Part shown: piece after piece, positions 56,620-64,000 of the stretch | Position numbering within the stretch: position 1 is the first letter of the stretch | How the letters are laid out: every line of letters begins with the position of its first letter | Assembly (NCBI GenBank): GCA_021776825.1 | Contig: JAJFFG010000087.1 | Coordinates: 1,850-65,849, forward strand | Reading direction: 5' to 3' | DNA: 64,000 nucleotides | Source of the DNA: Planctomycetota bacterium | GTDB lineage: Bacteria; Planctomycetota; JAJSAM01; JAJVHW01 | The notes under the pieces: generated by a model | The model's input: only the letters and a program-made list of their open reading frames with translations | Databases searched by the model: none | What the model was told of the DNA's origin: nothing | Position numbers and translations under genes: made by a program

Positions 56620-59600
56620 TCAGGTGAGGTATCTCGTGGCTCGCGCTCGGCCTGACGCGGTCACTACGCCGCGTGACACGAGGGTTCGAAGGCTTCGCTG
56701 AACCGTGCGCCGAGGGTGGCCCACGCGACTCACGATCGTGGAAATCGACTCGGGTAAGCCCGACCGCAGCGAGGCGAGAATCTCGGTCTCAAGCGCTGTC
56801 GTTAGACTCGCGGGGAGCGCAGCGCGACGGTGCTGCCACCCTGTCGATGCGAGGGCGGCGGCAGTGAGTGTGCCACCACTGAGCGCAGCGAGAGCCTGGA
56901 CGACGCTCTCGACTTCACCCAGCCCGCCGGGCCACGTGTACGCTCGTACCTCCGCGAGGAGGCACGGTGCCGCCACGGACTCGGAGCCTTGGCGCCTCAA
57001 CTCGCCTTGAAAGACACTCGCGCGCGCTTCCGCGTTGTCAAGCAGGCCCGGCACGCGTACGCGAACGCCGTCTCCCGACGCCACCAGAGCCGCGGCGAGA
57101 AGAGACCGGGCACCGAACTCAGCAGGCGGGCTCGCGAGCACAAGAGCCGTCCGCAGTCCGCGACTCCGCGCGGCGTCAACACTCGACAGGGCCGCTCTGA
57201 GATCGGACTCGGCGGCGAGATCCGGAAGCGCGACGCAACACGCCGTCTCGGACTCGAGGATCGACATATTCACGATTGTCGGTATGCGGAGCCCCCACGC
57301 GGCACGCACGAACTCTCTAGCCTCCGCCGGGTGAAGGGTCTCTGCGATGAGCGACTGAGAGACGCTCGCCTGAGCGAGCACCGGCTCCCACGCGGAACGC
57401 AACACTCCGCCTCGCGAATGAACGAGGCCTCCGCGCTCCAGGCGGGTCTCGGCGGAGCGAGGCCGCCGGCGCGGAAGGGTTCGCCAGCGCGGCCCGATGA
57501 GGCGAAGCAGTCGGAGGGCGCGAGCTACCGCGTCCCTGACTTCATTCCCAGCGTCTTCGCTCAGGAGACCACGTGCCGATGAGATCGCTCGACTGCGAAG
57601 ATCTCGCGCCGCCACGACACGCCCCTCGTTCGCACGAATCCTCGCGAGCGCGCCCAGTACCTGCCACTGCGCTGGTCGTGGAAACTCGGCAATCTGCGTC
57701 GCATCGAGACCGCGGATTATCTCCGCCACGCGTCCGCGCGGCTCGGCAACGCCGCTGAGAACCATGGCACTCGCGAGCATGGAACGATCCGTCGCGCTGT
57801 CCATCCCTATCGCCGCGTCCTGAAGGGCGGGACCCGTCCATGCCGGGGGCCACTCTTCATCCCCGAAGCAGCCACGGATGAGGAGCGCGACAACCAAGCT
57901 CGAAGCCTCCCGCGTGATCAACTCAGCCCGCTCAGGAGGGGCGCGGGAGCGGCGCACCGGCGATCGATGCGCGCTGGCCCGTCGCAACCAAGCAGCGACC
58001 CCCTCTCGCCCCACGCGCCAGGCGAGCGAGTGCTCGCGCAGGGAGGGAGGGAGATCACCGGTCAGGAGCAAACTCATCTGCACAGCGTAAAATCGAGCTC
58101 CGCGCGCGCGCCCCCCCGAGTTCCCGCCCGCGTCCAGCCGTTCGAGAATGCGATCGAGCGCGCGCGGTCGGAACCACCAATATGCGAATCCCGCCAGGAG
58201 TTCGCACAGCCGAACGAGGCGCGCATGAGGCATCCGTCCTACTTCACGAATCAGCCGTTCCACGACGCGACGATCTCCGGTTGAGACGTAACCTCCCGTG
58301 AGTGCGACGGATGCTCTGCGAACGCGAGCCATCTCAACCGTCCGCGGACAACCCGTCACGAGCGCCTGGCGGGCGGCCCGTTCGACGGCGCGACACCCGA
58401 CTGGCGAGCCGGACCGACGAGCCAGTAGGAGGGCCCGGGTTACCGTCATCGCATAGCGCGTGAACGAGGCCACCGCCGCGGCACCTGTGTCGAGCGCTTC
58501 AGCGCTCGACAGGACGGTCTCTGCGCGGCGTGGCCGTCCGATCATTCGAAGGACGTTTGCGACGCGCTGCAACGAGCGCGCGCGAGCGTCGTTCGAACCC
58601 TCCCGCCGAGCCGCCCGAGCGAGCGTCATCGCTCGACGGAGCGTCAGCCGGCGATCACCAGAGTCGCAGGACGCAAGGTAGTCGAACTCATGCCGGCTCA
58701 TCCGGATCGAGACGCTGGCGCTCGCGTCAGCGAGCTCGGCCTCCGCCAGTCGCCTCTCGCGCTCGGCGAGCGCTGGCTGACTGACGTACAGCCTGGCGAG
58801 CGCCCTGGCATACCGGAATTCGGTACGCATGACCGGATCGTCGAGCGTGTCAGGGATCACAAGGGTCGCGGCCTCTTCGTACTCTTCGGCCTGAGTCAAC
58901 ACCAACGCCAGCAGGACATACGCCGGCCCGCTTGATTCACCCTCACGCCCCTCCGCGCATGGGCCGGCTCGGAGGATCTCTAGGGCCTCTCCGTGGCGGC
59001 CGGCTTCGACGAGGAGTTGGGCGTGGCGGTACTCGTTGGCGTGGCGCCACGTGAGGGAGAGGGTGGTCGCGGCGTGGGCCAGATGGGCGATGGCGGCGGG
59101 GAGTTGGCCGGCGGCGACGAGGGTGGTGACAGCTTCGTCGGTGAGCTGCTCGGCGCGGGGGTCGGCGGCGCAGCGGGCATGCCACGCGGCAGCGGCTAGG
59201 TCGGGCATCGGCGGCTCGAGGCGCTCTTCCAGGAACTCGTGGTGGAGGCTGCGCCGACGCGCGTCGGAGACCGCGGCGTAGAGACGCTCGCGGACGGCAT
59301 CGGTGCGGATGCACCACGTGGCGCCGCTGCGGCGCAGGAGACCGACGCGGTCGGCCTCGTCCCCGGCCATCCAGAGTCGGGGGCCGGAGAGTTCGGCGTG
59401 GCGGCCGCAGTCTGCGCGGGAGAGACCGGCCGGGCCGGCGACGGAGAGCACGTCGACGAGCTCGACGGCGTCGCGACCGAGCACTCCACGGGCCGAGCGT
59501 ACGCCCTCGACCACTCCGGCTGTCGCGGCCTCTAGTCGGTGCGGCGCGATCTCGAGACGGCACCGCAGACCAATCCGGACAAGCGACCCGCAGCGCTCGA

Positions 59601-61041
59601 GTTCCTTCAGGTAGCTCACGACGTCGCCGGGGCGGCCCCCGACGATGCGGTACGTGGCGCCGGCGAGCTCATCCGCGGCGCTCGGGTGCTCGAGGACGTG
59701 ACGCAGCAGATCGGCGATCGTCGCGGCGCTCCATTCCTCGACCTCGATCGACTCGGCCGGGGCGCCCGGCTCCGGCGTCGTCGCCGCGCTCGCGCCCGTG
59801 ACCGGAACGACGCGGATCGCTGCGCCGTCCTGGTTCAACGTGCAGACGAAGCGCCCAATCGCCTCCCAGACGTACCGAGCTGTTGGCGAGAGTCGCTCCG
59901 AGTCGTCCAGCACGAGCACGCCCGGGCTCGTGAGGAACACCGCCTCGACGAGACCGGTCAGGAGCTGCGACATCGCCGACTGTCGGTCGCCTGAGACGGA
60001 GGGGCCGGTGCCGACCAGGTCCTCGAACGCCGCCACGTGCTGAGCGCACGCCGGAGCATCGCGGCCGACGATCTGCACCAGTTGCACCGCCAGGTCCCGC
60101 AGCGCACCCCAGCCGCCCCCACCGGAGCACGCAGCGCGAATCACCAGGCCTCCGGTCGCGCGGACTCGGTGCCCGAGCTCGTCGAGCAGGCGCGAGCGGC
60201 CGGAGCCGTGCGGCCCCACGAGTTCGACGAACGCGACGTGCTCGTCGTCGCGAACCGCGCTGTGCGCGCTGTGCTCGAGCAGCGCCAGGATGCGTTGGAG
60301 GCTCGCATCGCTCCCCACGAAGGGCGTGCTCCGCCACGGGTCGGAGGTATCGGGGCGGCCGAGCGCGGCGAGGACGTCGCCGGCTCCGCGGAACGCGTGT
60401 CCGACATCGACGGTCAGCAGGCGCGAGAGCACACGGCGGAAGTCACGCACCTCCGACAGCGCCTCGATGGCCGCCGCATCGGGGTCCGCCTCGGGGGCGA
60501 TGCCAGACCACGGAGTTCGAGTCAAGGCGAGTGCGAAGGTGACCCCGAGCGCGTGCAGGTCCTGCTGAACAGGGTCGATCTCCCGCGAAGGCGCGGCGGA
60601 CTCGTCGTCGAGCGCGAGCGCGTGACCCCAGTCGACCAGCCAGAACCCGCCGGACGGATCGGCCAGCACGCTCGCGCGGGAGATGCGCCCATGGGCCACT
60701 CCCCGCGAGTGCGCGCGGGCCACGACGCCGAGCAGCCGCACGAGACCAGCTCGCAGGGTGGCCGACGGCAGGTCGCGGAGATCGTGGAGCGGTCGGACGT
60801 CGGCGGGCAACTCGAGACGCAGCGGCCCACCACCTGAGGTGCGATGAGCGACCGGGATCCCGGAACCGGCGAGTCGCGTCAGGATCTCGGCCTCTCGCTC
60901 GAGATCGCGCGGGTCCTCGCCGAGGATCATCAGGGCCGGCACCATGCCCCCGCCCTCGGCACAGACGACCTCACCGACGCCACACGGCGTCACCATCGCA
61001 ACCGTCGAATACCTCCCCAAGAGGAGGTCCGTGCGCGTCAT
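56620..61041 (-). CDS. Giant regulator: pseudokinase + degenerate AAA/STAND ATPase + TPR-like region + degenerate sigma54-activator tail + winged HTH
   Basis: HGRISRASV..DWG pseudokinase; GPHGSGRS Walker A, VLVLDD Walker B; AYTWPGGLGEV; C-terminal RRTVQRSLRTLVSRG..GRARATRY. Confidence 0.75.
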   Translation of the reverse strand: MTRTDLLLGRYSTVAMVTPCGVGEVVCAEGGGMVPALMILGEDPRDLEREAEILTRLAGSGIPVAHRTSGGGPLRLELPADVRPLHDLRDLPSATLRAGLVRLLGVVARAHSRGVAHGRISRASVLADPSGGFWLVDWGHALALDDESAAPSREIDPVQQDLHALGVTFALALTRTPWSGIAPEADPDAAAIEALSEVRDFRRVLSRLLTVDVGHAFRGAGDVLAALGRPDTSDPWRSTPFVGSDASLQRILALLEHSAHSAVRDDEHVAFVELVGPHGSGRSRLLDELGHRVRATGGLVIRAACSGGGGWGALRDLAVQLVQIVGRDAPACAQHVAAFEDLVGTGPSVSGDRQSAMSQLLTGLVEAVFLTSPGVLVLDDSERLSPTARYVWEAIGRFVCTLNQDGAAIRVVPVTGASAATTPEPGAPAESIEVEEWSAATIADLLRHVLEHPSAADELAGATYRIVGGRPGDVVSYLKELERCGSLVRIGLRCRLEIAPHRLEAATAGVVEGVRSARGVLGRDAVELVDVLSVAGPAGLSRADCGRHAELSGPRLWMAGDEADRVGLLRRSGATWCIRTDAVRERLYAAVSDARRRSLHHEFLEERLEPPMPDLAAAAWHARCAADPRAEQLTDEAVTTLVAAGQLPAAIAHLAHAATTLSLTWRHANEYRHAQLLVEAGRHGEALEILRAGPCAEGREGESSGPAYVLLALVLTQAEEYEEAATLVIPDTLDDPVMRTEFRYARALARLYVSQPALAERERRLAEAELADASASVSIRMSRHEFDYLASCDSGDRRLTLRRAMTLARAARREGSNDARARSLQRVANVLRMIGRPRRAETVLSSAEALDTGAAAVASFTRYAMTVTRALLLARRSGSPVGCRAVERAARQALVTGCPRTVEMARVRRASVALTGGYVSTGDRRVVERLIREVGRMPHARLVRLCELLAGFAYWWFRPRALDRILERLDAGGNSGGRARGARFYAVQMSLLLTGDLPPSLREHSLAWRVGREGVAAWLRRASAHRSPVRRSRAPPERAELITREASSLVVALLIRGCFGDEEWPPAWTGPALQDAAIGMDSATDRSMLASAMVLSGVAEPRGRVAEIIRGLDATQIAEFPRPAQWQVLGALARIRANEGRVVAARDLRSRAISSARGLLSEDAGNEVRDAVARALRLLRLIGPRWRTLPRRRPRSAETRLERGGLVHSRGGVLRSAWEPVLAQASVSQSLIAETLHPAEAREFVRAAWGLRIPTIVNMSILESETACCVALPDLAAESDLRAALSSVDAARSRGLRTALVLASPPAEFGARSLLAAALVASGDGVRVRVPGLLDNAEARASVFQGELRRQGSESVAAPCLLAEVRAYTWPGGLGEVESVVQALAALSGGTLTAAALASTGWQHRRAALPASLTTALETEILASLRSGLPESISTIVSRVGHPRRTVQRSLRTLVSRGVVTASGRARATRYLT

Positions 61042-61218
61042 GGCGCTCCCCCTTTGGCCGCGGCAGCGCGGCCGTCCCGATCGTAGGAGATCTGGGACCA
61101 GAGTCGCAACGAAGCGGTAACTCTCTACCGTGAGATCACATACGTCCGTCGCTACGTGCCGGAGATGCGCATCCGCGGCGTCTCCGGGCCGAATCGCGCC
61201 AAATCGCGCCAGGCCGGC

Positions 61219-62151
61219 TCAGCGGGGCTTCGGCGCGCCTGGCGCCTCGACCTTCTCGATCTGGGCGTAGCTGAACTCGAACACGGCCGAGGCCTCGTCC
61301 TTCCGGATCGTCGCGCGGCGCAGGAGCACGATGCCGTCGAACTCGCCCCACTCGTAGTCGATCGTGGGCTGGCCGCCCTGGTGCCACTGCTTGACCAGGC
61401 GGTAGCGGCTGTGGAAGAACGCCCACTCGTAGTGGATGATCTCCGCCGCTGAGCGGGTCGCGTCGTCAACCGTGGTCCCGCGGGTCACGACCAGATCGCG
61501 ATCGTCGATGCTGTAGTTGGCCTGGATCTGGTGCTTGTGCGGCTGCGCCGTCACGACGCGATTCGCACTCACTCTGGACGGCGTGAGCAGAACCGGGGTC
61601 GGCGGGAAGTAGTGCGCGACGTGGCGGTGGGCGCCGTTCATCGACAGCTGTCCGAACTTGCGGGCCTGTTCGACGGCGCCACGCGGCACGGCATCGGCGT
61701 CCGCCGTCGGATCGAGGGCGGCGACCGAGCGCTCGCCGAGCTCACGGGCGTGATCGAAGTCGACGATCACGCGGGCGTGCTTCTCACCGACCCGGATCGC
61801 GACCGTGGCTTCGGCGCGCTGGAGCCCGGCATCGCGGAATGGCTCGAGAACACGGCTCTCGAACGAGGTCATCAGGCCCCGGCCGACGCGGTCCATCTCC
61901 CTGCGCCGCGCGGCACGCTTTTGCCGCGCCTGGGCGAGGTCCGGAGGGCCGGGCGGAGGGTCAGCCGCCGTCTCGCCTTCCACGATGATGGGCGTCGTCG
62001 GAGGCGGCGCGTCCTTCTCGACAATCGGCGCGGGCTCCTCTCCACGTAGCAGCGGAGGCGCCGGGGGGTCACCGCAACCGACGGCGGCGCCGATCAGGCC
62101 GGTGACGAGGACGAGCGCGGCGAGGCGAGGGAGCTGGATCACGGGCATCAT
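61219..62151 (-). CDS. Hypothetical lipoprotein
   Basis: Lipobox AVGC, Pro-rich linker, host codon usage. Confidence 0.7.
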   Translation of the reverse strand: MMPVIQLPRLAALVLVTGLIGAAVGCGDPPAPPLLRGEEPAPIVEKDAPPPTTPIIVEGETAADPPPGPPDLAQARQKRAARRREMDRVGRGLMTSFESRVLEPFRDAGLQRAEATVAIRVGEKHARVIVDFDHARELGERSVAALDPTADADAVPRGAVEQARKFGQLSMNGAHRHVAHYFPPTPVLLTPSRVSANRVVTAQPHKHQIQANYSIDDRDLVVTRGTTVDDATRSAAEIIHYEWAFFHSRYRLVKQWHQGGQPTIDYEWGEFDGIVLLRRATIRKDEASAVFEFSYAQIEKVEAPGAPKPR

Positions 62152-62265
62152 CGTAGCGCGTTCTGACGGATGAGCAGGCGGGGTCGGGACCGGAATCCCC
62201 CGTCGGGGCGCCTGGCGGCCGGGCTACCCTGAGCGGTTGCCACACGGTCGGCAGGGAGAAGTGCC

Positions 62266-63504
62266 ATGGAGTACGCTTCGATTCCGGAGATCCTCGACGA
62301 GATGCGCCAGGGGCGCTTCGTCGTCATCGTCGACGATCCGGACCGCGAGAACGAGGGCGACGTCATCATCGCCGCGGAGTCCATCACTCCGGCGCACGTG
62401 AACTTCATGCTCATGCACGCGCGCGGCGAGATCTGCACGACGCTGCCCGAAGAGCGCGCCAACGAGCTCGGCCTCCCGCCGCAGGCGACGGACAACACGA
62501 ACCCGCTGCACTGCGCGAAGTGCGTGACGGTAGATGCCGTCAAAGGCACGTCGACTGGCGTCTCGGCGAGCGACCAGGCCACGAGCATCAACAAGCTCGC
62601 CGACCCCACGGCGGTCGCGTCCGACTTCAGCCGTCCGGGCCACACGCGCCCGATCCGCTCTCGCAAGGGCGGTGTGCTCGTGCGGACCGGTCACACGGAG
62701 GCCTCGGTCGACCTCGCGCGCCTCGCCGGGTTCCAGCCGGTCGGCATCGTCTGCGAGATCCTCGACGACGAGGGCGAGCCGATGCGGCAGGCGGCGCTGT
62801 TCGACTACGCGGAGAAGCACGGCTTCAAGATCGGGACGATCGAGGCGCTGATCCGCTACCGCCGCGAGACGGAGACGCTCGTCAAGCGGGTGGTCTCGAC
62901 CAAGGTGCCGACGCCCTACGGACAGTTCGACCTGCACCTCTACACGAACATCATCGACCGCAATCAGCACGTCGCCCTGACGTTCGGCGTCGAGGTGCCC
63001 GAGGACGGCTCACCGGTCGGCGCGACGGAGAAGTCCGCGCTCGTGCGCGTCCACAGTGAGTGCCTGACGGGCGATATCTTCGGATCTCTTCGTTGCGATT
63101 GTGGGGCCCAGCTCGAGGCCGCGATGCGCACGGTCGCCGACCGCGGCCAGGGCGTCGTGCTCTACCTCCGACAGGAGGGCCGCGGGATCGGCCTCGAGGG
63201 GAAACTCCTCGCGTATCGCCTCCAGGAGCACGGGGCAGACACCGTAGAAGCCAACAAAAGCCTGGGTTTCAAGGCGGACGCCCGCGACTACGGCATCGGC
63301 GCGCAGATCCTCCACCACCTCGGTGTGCGGCGCATGTCGCTCATGACGAACAACCCGAAGAAGCTCCAGGCGCTCCCGGGATTCGGCCTCGAAGTGACCG
63401 AGCGAGTGCCCCTCGAAATCGCCTCCACCAGGGAGAGCGCGCGATATCTCCGCACAAAGAGGGACAAGTTGGGGCACCTGTTGGAGCATCTACCTGCAGA
63501 GTAG
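62266..63504 (+). CDS. ribBA: Bifunctional DHBP synthase / GTP cyclohydrolase II
   Basis: DDPDRENEGD, RTGHTEASVDL, VRVHSECLTGDIFGSLRCDCG, QEGRGIGL, MTNNPKK. Confidence 0.97.
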   Translation: MEYASIPEILDEMRQGRFVVIVDDPDRENEGDVIIAAESITPAHVNFMLMHARGEICTTLPEERANELGLPPQATDNTNPLHCAKCVTVDAVKGTSTGVSASDQATSINKLADPTAVASDFSRPGHTRPIRSRKGGVLVRTGHTEASVDLARLAGFQPVGIVCEILDDEGEPMRQAALFDYAEKHGFKIGTIEALIRYRRETETLVKRVVSTKVPTPYGQFDLHLYTNIIDRNQHVALTFGVEVPEDGSPVGATEKSALVRVHSECLTGDIFGSLRCDCGAQLEAAMRTVADRGQGVVLYLRQEGRGIGLEGKLLAYRLQEHGADTVEANKSLGFKADARDYGIGAQILHHLGVRRMSLMTNNPKKLQALPGFGLEVTERVPLEIASTRESARYLRTKRDKLGHLLEHLPAE

Positions 63505-63550
63505 CTCGTTGGCTGGTCACCCAGTCGGCCGAGTACGCTCCTCGTTCGCG

Positions 63551-63697
63551 ATGCAGGACATTCAGCTCCCCCCGCTCGACCCCCCTCGCCCCGAGGGCCT
63601 CACGTTCTCGCTCACCGGCGTGATGGTGACGGTGTTCCTCGTCGAGATTCTGATCATCGGCGGGTACCTGCTCTTCGTCCCCGAGTTCAGCGTCTGA
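63551..63697 (+). CDS. Small single-pass membrane protein
   Basis: 48-aa ORF with a strongly hydrophobic segment, located between ribBA and the MBL hydrolase. Confidence 0.5.
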   Translation: MQDIQLPPLDPPRPEGLTFSLTGVMVTVFLVEILIIGGYLLFVPEFSV

Positions 63698-63719
63698 TCG
63701 GACGCGAGCGGGAGCCGGG

Positions 63720-64000
63720 ATGCGTGTGACGATCCTCGGCTCCGGAACCGCGGTGCCGGACCCGGACCGCTTCCCCTCCGGCGTGCTCGTCGAGGCCGCC
63801 GGTCAGGTCGTGCTCGTGGACTGCGGACCCGGGACGCTCCGGCGGATGGCCCAGGCGGGGGTCGGCATAGAGAGCCTGAGCGCGGTCCTGCTGACGCACT
63901 ACCACACCGACCACACGGCCGATCTCGCGGCGCTCCTGTTCGCGCTGCGCAATCCGCGCTACACGGGTCGGCCGCCGCTGGTGATTCGGGGCGGCCGCGG
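63720..64000 (+). CDS. MBL-fold metallo-hydrolase (RNase Z-like), 3'-truncated by the window
   Basis: MRVTILGSGTAVP, LVDCGPG, LTHYHTDH. Confidence 0.85.
   Translation, partial: MRVTILGSGTAVPDPDRFPSGVLVEAAGQVVLVDCGPGTLRRMAQAGVGIESLSAVLLTHYHTDHTADLAALLFALRNPRYTGRPPLVIRGGR

Noticed and set aside
53200-58990. Diversity-generating retroelement or prophage as the cause of the divergent segment
   Set aside because: No reverse transcriptase, template/variable repeat pair, integrase or phage genes visible in the window.
62152-62265. FMN riboswitch upstream of ribBA
   Set aside because: Short divergent intergenic region without the RFN signature sequences.

Overview
GC-rich bacterial window, most likely Planctomycetota (DUF1800/DUF1501, several Ser/Thr kinases, FG-GAP/CRTAC1 and carboxypeptidase-regulatory repeat proteins); the taxon is an inference. 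Recognisable genes: arfB, ppsR-type kinase/pyrophosphorylase, dppA (M55), a cNMP-domain aspA fusion, polA, clpP and ribBA. There is also a mannoside-utilisation cluster (CBM9-like, sodium:solute symporter, GH130, GH38). Main observations: (1) an FG-GAP/ASPIC-UnbV lipoprotein is split by an in-frame TGA followed by a SECIS-like hairpin, so it is a candidate selenoprotein with a U-x-C motif; (2) a cassette of two giant kinase/pseudokinase regulators has a compositionally atypical, divergent middle and lies beside a small secreted protein and an ECF sigma factor; (3) many genes carry apparent microhomology deletion scars; (4) several small repeat families occur (about 240-bp CTAG-ended MITEs, GTAG REP doublets, an IS1182-type remnant in a composite palindrome, G-rich direct repeats flanking polA, minisatellites). 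No rRNA, tRNA or CRISPR array was seen. All calls come from reading motifs by eye; no database searches were run.
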